From an uncultured Zetaproteobacteria bacterium (GTDB lineage: Bacteria > Pseudomonadota > Zetaproteobacteria > Mariprofundales > Mariprofundaceae), in the NCBI GenBank assembly GCA_964442955.1, contig CAYUBK010000001.1, forward strand, positions 1 to 57,632: a DNA stretch of 57,632 nt. Direction: 5' to 3'. How positions within the stretch are numbered: the stretch's first letter is position 1; every line of letters begins with the position of its first letter. This document shows, in pieces, positions 47,198 through 57,575 of this stretch. Under the pieces are notes generated by a model. The model did not search any database. It had not been told where the DNA came from and saw nothing but the letters and a program-made list of their open reading frames with translations. The position numbers were made by a program, and so were the translations under genes.

Positions 47198-48247
47198 TTA
47201 CGGATGCGCACTCTTGATGGCATCGCCAATATTCACCGGCGCTGTCGATTTGGTAATCAGGGCAATGGCGGCCTGTTGCTGGGGAACCAGAACCAGCAGT
47301 TCGCCAATTCGTTCCTGCGGCAATAAGACATCACCGCCAGCCACTTTATCGCTGACCAGGCGGCCTGCCTTGTAAATGGACATCTGCATACCAGCTTTTA
47401 ATCCGTCTTTCAGACCCAGATTAATGCCAACTACCTGATGTTGGGCAGCTTCATGCGCATCGTTACGAATATACAGGACAGTGCCGGAGAGAGGGTATTC
47501 CGGCGGTGTTGGAACCAGGTGCGGGTCAATCATGCGGGCGGGCATGAGCCGATCGCCGCGCGAAATTTCCTCGAATGCCTTGACGACGATGCCGCGAAAA
47601 ATGCCATCCTCAACCGAACTGATTCGGATTTGTCCCATATGTTTAATTAGTACGCCAAGCGCATCACCGCTGCTTGGGTCAAGCAGGGTATCGGTGCTGC
47701 GAAATACATCGAACAGGCTACCGATTTTGGCAGGCTGATTCAGCTTCAGGTACACAATATCATGCGCCCCGTAATTCAGACGGTCATCACGCGAATCGAC
47801 AATATAACCTACGCCCTGCACCTGATCCGGCTGAATGAATCCCTGTCGCTGCAATGCAGTCAGCAACAAGGATGAGTCTGTTTTTTTCTCAACACGTTCA
47901 ACCGGGCGAATGACCACCTGCGGCTGAGCTTGCGTCATCGTCAAGCCGCCCTGACTGACGCGGCGGCCATCAAACCAGATTTTATTGCCGGGATAAATCA
48001 GGTCTGGATTGGTGATGTACAGATTGTGTTCCCATATTTTCAGCCATTTATGCGGATCCTTGAAAAAATGGTTGGCAATATCCCACAGCGTGTCGCCCTT
48101 CTTGACGACATAAGGCTTCGATACATCAGCTTTCACATTACTGGCGCTGACTGCTTGATTGGGCAGATACTCAGCCGCGTACAATGACGGAGAAACCATC
48201 ATCAAGGCCGCCACCAACGCCGGTAAAATTAGTTGTTTTAATGTCAT
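47198..48247 (-). CDS. LysM peptidoglycan-binding protein (TsaP-like)
   Basis: Signal peptide; YVVKKGDTLWDIA...NPDLIYPG; conserved position next to dprA. Confidence 0.85.
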   Translation of the reverse strand: MTLKQLILPALVAALMMVSPSLYAAEYLPNQAVSASNVKADVSKPYVVKKGDTLWDIANHFFKDPHKWLKIWEHNLYITNPDLIYPGNKIWFDGRRVSQGGLTMTQAQPQVVIRPVERVEKKTDSSLLLTALQRQGFIQPDQVQGVGYIVDSRDDRLNYGAHDIVYLKLNQPAKIGSLFDVFRSTDTLLDPSSGDALGVLIKHMGQIRISSVEDGIFRGIVVKAFEEISRGDRLMPARMIDPHLVPTPPEYPLSGTVLYIRNDAHEAAQHQVVGINLGLKDGLKAGMQMSIYKAGRLVSDKVAGGDVLLPQERIGELLVLVPQQQAAIALITKSTAPVNIGDAIKSAHP

Positions 48248-48347
48248 GTCCGCCTCCCGGACCCAATATCGGAATTAAGATGAAACATTGTCACAGAGTG
48301 ATATGCCTTGCAAATCGATGTAAACGGAATGAATCGCCAACCACTCA

Positions 48348-48953
48348 TCAACCGGCCTCGCTCTCTTTTCGGATTGACGGTTCCGTACCATTCATCAAAC
48401 GCTTGATGTTCTCGGCATGTTTCAGTGTGACCAGTGACGCAAAAACCATGCCGACCAACAGGGCCGGCACCGAGCCTCCGGTTAACGCGATCAATATGGG
48501 TAGCAATAATGCCGCCAGAATAGAGGATAACGAGACATAATGACTGAGCTTCAACAGAATGATCCAGGCCAACAAGCCAATGCCCGAAACCACAGGCTGC
48601 CATGGTAGCATCACGCCCAACATGGTGGCTACGCCCTTTCCCCCCTTGAATTTCAGGTAAACAGGAAAGATATGACCGAGGAATGTGGCAATGGCGATGG
48701 CCGCAATCCAGATTTCCGGGAGCCCTGCCAGCAATGCCAGCAACACCGGGATGATGCCCTTGATGATATCGGCCAGCAAGGTTAATACGCCGACCAGCTT
48801 GCCGCCCGTGCGCATGGCGTTGGTGGCGCCGATATTGCCACTGCCAAAATCGCGCGGGTCTTTATGGCTTAATAATTTTGTTAGCAACAGGCCGAATGGC
48901 ACCGCTCCAAGCAGATAGGACGCTAATACTGCGCCGACCAGCGGATAGCTCAA
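48348..48953 (-). CDS. plsY: Glycerol-3-phosphate acyltransferase PlsY
   Basis: GSGNIGATN, GHIFPV..FKGGKGVAT, HAENIKRL..GTE. Confidence 0.95.
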   Translation of the reverse strand: MSYPLVGAVLASYLLGAVPFGLLLTKLLSHKDPRDFGSGNIGATNAMRTGGKLVGVLTLLADIIKGIIPVLLALLAGLPEIWIAAIAIATFLGHIFPVYLKFKGGKGVATMLGVMLPWQPVVSGIGLLAWIILLKLSHYVSLSSILAALLLPILIALTGGSVPALLVGMVFASLVTLKHAENIKRLMNGTEPSIRKESEAG

Positions 48954-49903
48954 ATGCCGCCCTTGCGATAATGCTGGCGATAAACATCCATTTGCTGCTG
49001 TAACTGTTCGGACTGAGAGGCACCAATATAGCTTGGCAACACTCGCTCCAGCGCTGCCGCATGACCAAATATGGCCGGATAGGCGTCGCCTTCAACGACA
49101 TTATCATGGGCAAGTAATTTCAGCTGATCGGATGTAATGGGAGGCGTTGGCAAAACGGAAGTAAATACCGCCATCAATTTTGCGGCGATAGCCGGCACCG
49201 GAATAAACAAGCGCTCTCGGCCCAGTTCGCTCATCAACAGCTCCAGCATAGCCTGGAAACTATAGGTACCCGGGCCGCCCAGATCATAGGCTTGCCCACT
49301 GACATGGTGATTATCAATCGACATCACAAAGGCACGCGCCACATCTTCTACCCAGATCGGCTGGAAACGGGTCTCGCCTGAAATGACCGGCATAACCGGC
49401 AGCATGGCTGACATGGCTTTAAATTGATTGAAAAAATTATCACCAGCGCCATAAATAATGGATGGTCGGAAAATCGTCCACTTCAGGTCGGACTCAGTCA
49501 CCAGTGTTTCGGCTGCTGCCTTGGTTTCGGCATAGGCACTCTCACTCACCTTGCCTGCGCCCAACGCACTCATATGCAGATATTGTTTCACGCCCGCCTT
49601 TTTGCAGGCTTTCAATACGCGCGCCACGCCATCGACATGAGCCGCCACAAAATTTTGTCGCCCCTTCTCAAATAGCAACCCAACCAGATAAATGACTACG
49701 TCATGGCCAGTGATAGCAGCTTCTAACCCGCCTCCATTGGTCACATCAGCTTGCGCCAGCTCTGCTCCCTTGACCAGTAAATCGCGAGCTCGCTCCGGAT
49801 GCCTGCAAGCCACTGTCACCTGATGGCCGGCGCCAATGGCCTGATCCACAATGGCCCGGCCTACAAATCCACTGCCACCAATAATACATACGCGTTTTCC
49901 CAT
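48950..49903 (-). CDS. NDUFA9-like NAD(P)-binding atypical SDR
   Basis: GGSGFVG, YAETK, RPSIIYG, FQPIWVEDVA; ATG 49903 with GGGAG SD. Confidence 0.85.
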   Translation of the reverse strand: MGKRVCIIGGSGFVGRAIVDQAIGAGHQVTVACRHPERARDLLVKGAELAQADVTNGGGLEAAITGHDVVIYLVGLLFEKGRQNFVAAHVDGVARVLKACKKAGVKQYLHMSALGAGKVSESAYAETKAAAETLVTESDLKWTIFRPSIIYGAGDNFFNQFKAMSAMLPVMPVISGETRFQPIWVEDVARAFVMSIDNHHVSGQAYDLGGPGTYSFQAMLELLMSELGRERLFIPVPAIAAKLMAVFTSVLPTPPITSDQLKLLAHDNVVEGDAYPAIFGHAAALERVLPSYIGASQSEQLQQQMDVYRQHYRKGGI

Positions 49904-50045
49904 GATACGTCTCCCTGTCAATTATCAGGTGTAAGTATGGGCTGCGAGAAGCCAAGGTCAATGCATCGGCTTGAAATCTGTAATTTTGCAGCTATGATCA
50001 CTAGTGCAATTACCGCTAGCTCAAGCATTCCGGGAGGGGATTTCC

Positions 50046-51863
50046 GTGGCGCAAGCACACCAGAACGTCATTGATGCAGAATCCATGAAGCTTGATACAT
50101 CAAGCATTGATGATGTCTGTAGCCTGCCAGAAGCGCTGTTTCGGACAGCCGAATCTCATGCCGCCAATCCTGCCCAATGGTATCGGCAAAAGGACGAATA
50201 CCTGCCTGTCACCTATGCACAGATGGCCACGCGCATTCGTCATGTCGCCTCCGGCCTGATTCGGGCCGGCTTCAAGGCGGGAGATCGTATTGGCCTGTTA
50301 ATGGAAAACCGCCCCGAATGGGCCGTTGTCGATTATGCCATCCTGTCCATCGGCGCTGTAACTGTACCGCTTTACTGTTCCTATCGACCGCAGGATATTG
50401 CTTATGTACTCAATGATTCCGGCGCCGTCGCTGTTGTAACCTCGGGCGGTAAACTATTGCGTGACCTGCTCATTGCTGTTGAAACATGTTCGCATGTCAA
50501 ACAGGTCTACGCCATTGAAAACAGTAGCGATAGTGATCGGGCGCATGACCTGCTTGAGCTGGAAGCAGGTGACATCGAAGAAGAAAAACTGTCCAAATGG
50601 CTGAGCAAAATCCAGCGTGATACCCTGGCCACACTGGTCTACACCTCCGGCACGACAGCCAACCCAAAAGGCGTGATGCTCACGCATGGCAATATCATCG
50701 CCAATCTGGAAGCCGTGCCTTATGTTCTGGATCTGACTGAGGGAACTTCCGGTGATCGGCTATTATCATTTCTGCCGCTGGCACATGCCCTGGAACGCAC
50801 GGCCGGCCATTTCCTGCCCTATTCTTTTGGTCTGTCTGTCGCTTTTGCCGAACGACCGGACACCGTGGCCAAAAACATGACAGAAGCAAGGCCCACACTG
50901 CTGATTGCGGTACCCCGCATGCTGGAAGTGATACGCAGCCGTATTCTTGCTCAGGTGAGTAAACAATCAGCCTTCAAACAGAAGCTGTTTCATAGCTATT
51001 TAAATTTATCCGGCAAGCAAAAGCTGGGCCCTGTTGCGGGCTTGATGTTACGCGTGCTGGATAAACTGGTCGGAGAGAAAATTCGCAGCCGCTTTGGTGG
51101 GAAAATGCGTGTGTTTGTTTCCGGCGGCGCGCCCTTGAGTGTTGAAGTGGCTGAATTTTTTGAGGCACTTCGGTTGCCCATTCTGGAAGGCTACGGGCTT
51201 ACAGAGTCCGCCCCATTGCTCTCGGCCAATCCCATGCATGACCGCCGTATCGGCAGCGTCGGCATCGCAGGCAAAGGTGTAGAACTGAAAATTTCAGATG
51301 ATGGTGAAATTCTGGCGCGTGGAGCCAATATCATGCCCGGCTACTGGAAAAACCGAAAGGCTACCAAAGAAACGCTGGTTGGCGGTTGGTTGCTCACCGG
51401 TGATATCGGCGAAATTGATGACGATGGTTATTTGCGCATCACCGATCGCAAAAAAGACATCATCGTCAACTCCGGCGGCGAAAATATTGCCCCGCAACGC
51501 ATTGAAGGCGTGCTGATTGCTGACGAAAAAATAGATCAGGTAGTAACCTACGGTGATCAAAAGCCCTATCTGGTTGCGCTCGTTGTTCCCAACCAGGATG
51601 CCTGCACGCTTTGGGCTACAGAGCAGGGCTTGCCTGAAACCGACTGGGATCACCTGTGCGATTCCGATATTCTAAAAAAACATCTGCAAACCAGAATTAA
51701 CAAGGCGCTTAAACCACTAAATCCATTCGAACAGGTGCGCCGCATTCATTTATTACATCAACCCTTCAGCATCGAATCGGGACTGCTGACCCCGACCATG
51801 AAAATCAAACGCCGCAAAGTATACGAACGTTACGGCGACACGCTGGAGTCGCTTTATTCCTGA
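50046..51863 (+). CDS. Long-chain fatty acid--CoA ligase (AMP-dependent synthetase)
   Basis: YTSGTTANPKG, GYGLTE, TGDIG, LTPTMKIKR; start GTG 50046 (GGAGGGG SD) or ATG 50085. Confidence 0.9.
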   Translation: MAQAHQNVIDAESMKLDTSSIDDVCSLPEALFRTAESHAANPAQWYRQKDEYLPVTYAQMATRIRHVASGLIRAGFKAGDRIGLLMENRPEWAVVDYAILSIGAVTVPLYCSYRPQDIAYVLNDSGAVAVVTSGGKLLRDLLIAVETCSHVKQVYAIENSSDSDRAHDLLELEAGDIEEEKLSKWLSKIQRDTLATLVYTSGTTANPKGVMLTHGNIIANLEAVPYVLDLTEGTSGDRLLSFLPLAHALERTAGHFLPYSFGLSVAFAERPDTVAKNMTEARPTLLIAVPRMLEVIRSRILAQVSKQSAFKQKLFHSYLNLSGKQKLGPVAGLMLRVLDKLVGEKIRSRFGGKMRVFVSGGAPLSVEVAEFFEALRLPILEGYGLTESAPLLSANPMHDRRIGSVGIAGKGVELKISDDGEILARGANIMPGYWKNRKATKETLVGGWLLTGDIGEIDDDGYLRITDRKKDIIVNSGGENIAPQRIEGVLIADEKIDQVVTYGDQKPYLVALVVPNQDACTLWATEQGLPETDWDHLCDSDILKKHLQTRINKALKPLNPFEQVRRIHLLHQPFSIESGLLTPTMKIKRRKVYERYGDTLESLYS

Positions 51864-51867
51864 CGGT

Positions 51868-52374
51868 TTACTCATGTGAACGTTTAGGAAAATCAAAATC
51901 AATCAAATCTGCTTGATTACCCACATCCACCCAATGTTTGACCGGACTCCGGATCGTGATAATGCCACAGGTCGGCACGTTGCCGAAATAAGTTCCCGTC
52001 AACTGCTCGGCCAATTCGGTGATGCCCGGATTATGCGCCAGCAGCGCCAATGTTGTCGTTTCATCCGGAGCTGATTGGATCACGTTGACCATGGCAGCAG
52101 GGCTGGCTAAATATAATTCTCTGCGCCAGTTGATGGATGCCAGCGGGAAAGCCAGTTCATTAGCCAGCAGTGTCGCCGTCTGAGATGCTCTGCGGGCATC
52201 ACTGCAATAAAAACCATCCAGCTTCAAGTTCCCGGCGCCCAGCCGGGCTGCCAGTCTGCGCCCCATCATGGGCGCATCGTTCATGCCTCGATGGTTCAGG
52301 CTGCGCTCAAAATCCGTGTTTCCGGGTTCATTCCAACTGGATTTAGCATGTCGAATCAGAATCAATGTTTTCAT
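51868..52374 (-). CDS. SixA-like phosphohistidine phosphatase
   Basis: RHAKSSW, DFERSL, HNPG. Confidence 0.88.
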   Translation of the reverse strand: MKTLILIRHAKSSWNEPGNTDFERSLNHRGMNDAPMMGRRLAARLGAGNLKLDGFYCSDARRASQTATLLANELAFPLASINWRRELYLASPAAMVNVIQSAPDETTTLALLAHNPGITELAEQLTGTYFGNVPTCGIITIRSPVKHWVDVGNQADLIDFDFPKRSHE

Positions 52375-53000
52375 TTCGCACTTCCTGTCGCTGCGGCATA
52401 TAGCTGTTGAGCTGCCAACTCAGGATTCCCGACACCAAGCAAGGCGCTGATGGCCGCCATACGATGCCCCACAAGCCTTTGGCAGTTATTCGTGTCAATG
52501 CCCCCGAGCGCCAGCACAGGAAGCACCGCATCCGATGCCAATGTCTGAAATTTCTCAACACCCAGATGCGCTGCGCCGGGATGGCTGGCTGTTGGAAACA
52601 CCGGCGAAAGAAACGCAAAATCTGCGCCGCACATGGTTGCCTGTTGCAACTCACCGGCGTTATGACATGACACTGACACAGTCTTGCCCGGATCATTCAT
52701 CCACTGGCGAACACTCGCAACAGCAGCGATATCGGCGCTGGACAGATGGATGCCATCGGCATCAACGGCGCAAGCGATATCGGCCTGCGTATGAATAATC
52801 AGACGGGCATGGGCACCCTGCGTCATTTGTCTGAGGCGAGATGCAAGAGCCAGCAATTTGGCAGAGGTAAGCTGTTTTTCGCGAATCAACACCGTATCCA
52901 CGCCGCCGAGCAAAGCTTGCTGTACGGCAGAGAAAAATGACTCTCCTGAAAAACGGGTTGTATCGGTGATCAGAGTTAGCTGCGGAACCCTGTTTAACAT
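52371..53000 (-). CDS. thiE: Thiamine phosphate synthase (ThiE/TenI family)
   Basis: IREK, DGIHL, SCH, SPVFPTASH, ALGGI. A TenI-like function is not excluded. Confidence 0.75.
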   Translation of the reverse strand: MLNRVPQLTLITDTTRFSGESFFSAVQQALLGGVDTVLIREKQLTSAKLLALASRLRQMTQGAHARLIIHTQADIACAVDADGIHLSSADIAAVASVRQWMNDPGKTVSVSCHNAGELQQATMCGADFAFLSPVFPTASHPGAAHLGVEKFQTLASDAVLPVLALGGIDTNNCQRLVGHRMAAISALLGVGNPELAAQQLYAAATGSAK

Positions 53001-53035
53001 GAATCCATGCCCGTTAGGACGCTAAGCGATATGCA

Positions 53036-53434
53036 TCAGAATTTTTTCAGAATCCAGCTTGGAGGTGTCACATAAGGCTGGCCACCGGGGCGGCGGCGTT
53101 CAAAATGCCCTGCCTTGTTGCGGTACATGTAATAGGCTGGCAAACCACCGACCGGCTGCACCTTGATTTCATAAATCTGACCGTTCAGGGAATATTCGGT
53201 CACCTTAGCGCCATCCTTGCGCTTGTAGGAACGCACATCGACATTACTGTCGGTATCGGGCGCCTTAAGTTCATCCCTCAGGTTGGGGGCGCGTTCATCC
53301 GTAAATGCGTCATCGTCAGCAGCCTGGCCATCCGATGCATCCACGCTCGGCGGCGGCAATACGGCATCTTCCGCCATCGACAAAGTTGGCGAGAAGAGCA
53401 GCAGACTGAGGGAGAAAACCAGAAAAAATCGCAT
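53036..53434 (-). CDS. DUF2782 family exported protein
   Basis: Signal peptide; VTEYSLNGQIYEIKVQP..G.PAYY...PPSW. Confidence 0.8.
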   Translation of the reverse strand: MRFFLVFSLSLLLFSPTLSMAEDAVLPPPSVDASDGQAADDDAFTDERAPNLRDELKAPDTDSNVDVRSYKRKDGAKVTEYSLNGQIYEIKVQPVGGLPAYYMYRNKAGHFERRRPGGQPYVTPPSWILKKF

Positions 53435-53487
53435 GCATGCACTATAACGGGTAGCTACAGGTTTGGTAAGCATCAGATACTCTGCCA

Positions 53488-55458
53488 TCAAATCACTCGC
53501 TCGTTGCCACCATCGACCGGCAACTGCGCGCCTGTAGTACAGGCGAATAAATCGCCAGCCATGGCTGAAGCTAATTCTGCAACATGTGTGGAACTCACTT
53601 CGCATTTTAATACATTGTTGGTTTTGTAATCCTGCACGCTCAGACCGTAACTGGCGGCGCGTTTTTGCAAGACCGCATCCGTCCAGATAGCGGTATCGAA
53701 TACCGCATTGGGATGCAAGACATTGACCCGGATCCCATCGCCGCCCAGTTCCAGAGCTGCCACACGAGCCAACTGAGTCAAACCCGCTTTAGCTACCGAA
53801 TAGGCGGCTGCGCCCGGACCGGGGGCAGGCACATTTTTGGAGGCGATGATGACTATGGCCGGATCGATACCTAGTTTCAAATAAGGAATCGCTGCCTGCA
53901 TCAGACGCTGGTGACTGCTGAGATTCAGATCCATGCTTTGCTGCCAGAGATCGGCATCCATCTGCTCGATGCGATTGCTGGCCGGGAAAATGCCGGCATT
54001 GCTGACAATCATATCAAGCCCGCCAAAGCGGCGGATGCAGGCTTCGATGGCGTTTTGCACGGCCTCGGGATCGGTCATATCGCAAACCATACCGAGCACA
54101 GAAGATGCGGGGAATTGGGCAGTAATGCAGGCATTGATATCGAGAGCAGCGACCACAGCGCCGCGTGCCAATAATGATTCAACGCAGGCAGCACCAATGC
54201 CGCTGGCCGCACCCGTCACCAACGCCACCTTTCCCCGGAATTCGGGAGCCTGCCCCCCCTTCTTCAGTTTGGCCTGTTCCAGCTCCCAGTATTCAAGTTC
54301 AAAAATGTCCGCTTCGGGCAAGGCATCCCATCCACCCAGCGCCTCGGCACGGGCAATAGCCTGCATGGTATGCCGGCTGATATCGGTAATGATCCGACAT
54401 TCACCCGGCGTGGTTCCAAAAGACAGCGCCCCACGCCTCGGCCACACCCCCCAGCGCGGCGCTGAATCAAGACAGGTCAATCCGTCAGTCTTGTTGCGCT
54501 GGAAATAAGCCCGATAATCATCACCAAACGATGCCACCGATGTTTCGGCATCATCCCCGACGATCATGGCGGTGCGCTTGGTGCGAATCACATGATCGGG
54601 CGTCAGCGGGCCACGACAGGCAATAGCCGCCACATCAGCCCGAGCTGAAAAATCAACCGCCTTGGCATCACTATCCAGCCTCGCCAGCACAGGCGCGCCG
54701 CGCGCCGCAGAAACAGCCCGTCGCATGGCTGCCAGTTGCATCAAATCTACCGTGGCAGGCGCTGATGTTGCAGATGCAAGCGATGCGTATTGATCCAGAA
54801 AAGCTTCCGCCTTGCTGACCATATCAATCATATTCTCATAGCTTTCGCGCCCATCATCGGCAAAAGTGAATAGCCCGTGATGCATTAAAACAATACCCTT
54901 AAGTTGCGACCAGTCGATACCGGCTGTTTTCTCATACACCTGCCTGGCCAGCACGAAACCCGGCATGATGTAAGGCAAAATCAATACATCATCACCGTAG
55001 ATTTCTTTGAGGCGCGCCTCGCCGTCAGCGGTATTGCTGATCGTCACGACTGCATCGGCATGGGTATGATCAACAAAATCAAACGGAATAATGGCGTGTA
55101 AAATCGCTTCAACCGACGGATTGGGCGCATGCGGATCGAGCATGGCGGCGCGCTGGGCGTTGACCATGTCCGAATCGGACAGGGTTTCCAGTTGCGCCAT
55201 TTTATTCAGAACATCAAGTCGCACCGGCGCAAAACCGGGTTTTTCAATTGTAGCCAGATCCCAGCCGCTACCCTTCACATACAGCACCGACTCGGTTTCC
55301 CCAAACAGGTTTTCAACCTTGGATTTGACCGACGTATTACCGCCGCCATGCAGCACCAATGAAGGCTCGCGCCCCAGCAATCGTGATGTATAAACGCGCA
55401 GCGCCAGCATATCATCGCCACACTCGGCGGCCTGTTGTTCATCCCATAAACTTTTCAT
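53488..55458 (-). CDS. Bifunctional class II aldolase / short-chain dehydrogenase (RhaD-like fusion)
   Basis: GGGNTSVK, PSVE, DHTHAD, HHG, TPDH; SDR TGAASGIG, NAG, YSVAK. Confidence 0.92.
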   Translation of the reverse strand: MKSLWDEQQAAECGDDMLALRVYTSRLLGREPSLVLHGGGNTSVKSKVENLFGETESVLYVKGSGWDLATIEKPGFAPVRLDVLNKMAQLETLSDSDMVNAQRAAMLDPHAPNPSVEAILHAIIPFDFVDHTHADAVVTISNTADGEARLKEIYGDDVLILPYIMPGFVLARQVYEKTAGIDWSQLKGIVLMHHGLFTFADDGRESYENMIDMVSKAEAFLDQYASLASATSAPATVDLMQLAAMRRAVSAARGAPVLARLDSDAKAVDFSARADVAAIACRGPLTPDHVIRTKRTAMIVGDDAETSVASFGDDYRAYFQRNKTDGLTCLDSAPRWGVWPRRGALSFGTTPGECRIITDISRHTMQAIARAEALGGWDALPEADIFELEYWELEQAKLKKGGQAPEFRGKVALVTGAASGIGAACVESLLARGAVVAALDINACITAQFPASSVLGMVCDMTDPEAVQNAIEACIRRFGGLDMIVSNAGIFPASNRIEQMDADLWQQSMDLNLSSHQRLMQAAIPYLKLGIDPAIVIIASKNVPAPGPGAAAYSVAKAGLTQLARVAALELGGDGIRVNVLHPNAVFDTAIWTDAVLQKRAASYGLSVQDYKTNNVLKCEVSSTHVAELASAMAGDLFACTTGAQLPVDGGNERVI

Positions 55459-55723
55459 CTGTGTTTTTCCTTCGCGTACCTTTGCGGCAAAAAAGGTTTC
55501 CTGTTACTGCTACGGTTTCATACGGTCACCGAGCATCAGCCCGACTGTATCATGGAACCATGCTGAACTATTCATGGAATAATTCAGAATGTGAACAATA
55601 ACTTATTCTTTAATCAGCTTGCAGGTACAAATGAGGCGAAAACACCGCAATGGACAGGTTAGCCTTTACACCAGTCGCAATCATACCTTGTAATTTCGGA
55701 ATCATATTCCTAGAATGCAAGGT

Positions 55724-56893
55724 ATGTTGACGCGATGGGTAGCGGAAAGACTTCAAAAAGTAATCACACAAGCGCCTGCCATCGTGCTGCTTGGCGCACG
55801 ACAAGTGGGTAAAACCACGCTTGCCAAGGTGATAGCCAAGGAAGTGGACTCGATCTATCTTGATCTGGAAGCTCCTGGTGATTTGCTCAAGCTCAGTGAT
55901 GCCACTGCCTTTTTAAGCCAGCACAGCGACAAGCTGGTGATTCTGGATGAGATACAACGCGCCCCTGATTTGTTCATGGTATTGCGCGGTTTGATTGATA
56001 AAAACAGAGAACGGGGCCGAAAATCCGGGCAGTTTCTGTTGCTTGGATCAGCATCCATGGATTTGTTACGCCAAACATCCGAAAGCCTTGCCGGGCGCAT
56101 TCGCTATATTGAAATGGGCGGTCTGAATGCGCTTGAGATTGAGGAGAATGTTCAAGCGCGGAACAGGCTGTGGCTTCGGGGCGGTTTCCCGGACAGCTAT
56201 CTGGCTGCCGACGATGCCATGGCATTGGACTGGCTTGAGGATTTGATTCGTACTTATCTGGAACGTGATGTGCTACAGATGGGTTTTCGCGTACCAGCGG
56301 TAAGGCTGCGTCGCTTGTGGACGATGCTGGCTCATTTGCAGGGTGAGCCTGTCAACCATTCAAAATTGGGCGCTAATCTGGAAATTGATGGCAAAACGGT
56401 TGCCAGCTATATCGATATCCTCACTGACCTTTTGTTGGTCAGACGCTTGGAGCCCTGGCATGCCAATGTGAAAAAGCGGCTGGTGAAGTCTCCCCGCTAT
56501 TACATCCGTGATAGTGGCATTCAACACCGCCTGCTTGGTATCGACAGTGATGATGCGTTGCTGTCCAACCCTGTGCTGGGCAAAAGCTGGGAAGGTTTCG
56601 TGATAGAAAGCATCCATTCCGTATTGCCAGTTCGCGCTGAAACCTATTATTACCGCACGGCTGCCGGGGCTGAGATTGATCTGATCATCAGGTTATCGTC
56701 ATCGGAAATTTGGGCGGTGGAAATCAAACATGGTTTAGCGCCTAAACCGGGCAAGCATTACAGTAAAATCTGCGATGATGTTGGAGCAACGCAAAAATAT
56801 ATCGTTTACGGTGGTAAAGATGAATTTCCCGTTGGTGCAGATGTATGCATGATTTCTTTGCCGCTACTTATGAATCGACTGCAATCCATATAG
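55724..56893 (+). CDS. AAA+ ATPase (AAA_14) with C-terminal DUF4143/nuclease-like domain
   Basis: GARQVGKT, LDEIQ, LLGSAS, ESLAGR, GGFP, EIDL...VEIK. Confidence 0.9.
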   Translation: MLTRWVAERLQKVITQAPAIVLLGARQVGKTTLAKVIAKEVDSIYLDLEAPGDLLKLSDATAFLSQHSDKLVILDEIQRAPDLFMVLRGLIDKNRERGRKSGQFLLLGSASMDLLRQTSESLAGRIRYIEMGGLNALEIEENVQARNRLWLRGGFPDSYLAADDAMALDWLEDLIRTYLERDVLQMGFRVPAVRLRRLWTMLAHLQGEPVNHSKLGANLEIDGKTVASYIDILTDLLLVRRLEPWHANVKKRLVKSPRYYIRDSGIQHRLLGIDSDDALLSNPVLGKSWEGFVIESIHSVLPVRAETYYYRTAAGAEIDLIIRLSSSEIWAVEIKHGLAPKPGKHYSKICDDVGATQKYIVYGGKDEFPVGADVCMISLPLLMNRLQSI

Positions 56894-57029
56894 GCATTTG
56901 GATCGTTCATCCCCCCTCAGGCAGGGACTGTGTGATGATTAGTCATCGAAACTGCAACGGACTTTGCCCGTAGATTGAGCAATGCAGTGGTTAAAATGCG
57001 CGAAACAAGTCGCGACGGCTTTGCTTATC

Positions 57030-57575
57030 TCACTCCGAATACATCACTTCCGTACCAAGCAGGGGAGCCTGGCATAGAATGCTTTGGACACCCTTGCCTT
57101 TCTGAAGTAAAAGGATGGAAACCACAAGCACAGTGATGCTATCCAATTTTTTATCGAGCAATTTGGGCCGTTCTTTTAAAACATACCCATCATGATGAAA
57201 ATAACTACCAAGAAAAGAATCTTCCCCCATGAGGGGTTTCCCCATTTCAACATCTAGCCCTAGCCTTGCACGAAGAATATGGATTGTATTTGCACACCAT
57301 TTTTTTATCTGCTTTGAATCACCTGAGTGTTTCACCTTTGATCGAGCGAATATCTTGATTTGAGACTTGTCCCAATCTAGGGAGACTGAAACATTCACCT
57401 TTCCGACATCAGGAACATCCAGTCCATCTAAGTCTTTTCTCAATTGCATGAAGCCCCATTCAAGCATCGTTACGGGTTCTTTGATTAAAAAACGTACAGC
57501 TGCATTCGGTTCAGCAATAGCCCAATTTGAGGATGCTAATATCGCCATAAATACTATTAAAATTTGATAGTGCAT
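57030..57575 (-). CDS. Hypothetical exported protein (AT-rich)
   Basis: Open frame with signal-peptide-like N-terminus (..WAIA-E), GGGAG SD, lower GC than flanks. Confidence 0.65.
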   Translation of the reverse strand: MHYQILIVFMAILASSNWAIAEPNAAVRFLIKEPVTMLEWGFMQLRKDLDGLDVPDVGKVNVSVSLDWDKSQIKIFARSKVKHSGDSKQIKKWCANTIHILRARLGLDVEMGKPLMGEDSFLGSYFHHDGYVLKERPKLLDKKLDSITVLVVSILLLQKGKGVQSILCQAPLLGTEVMYSE

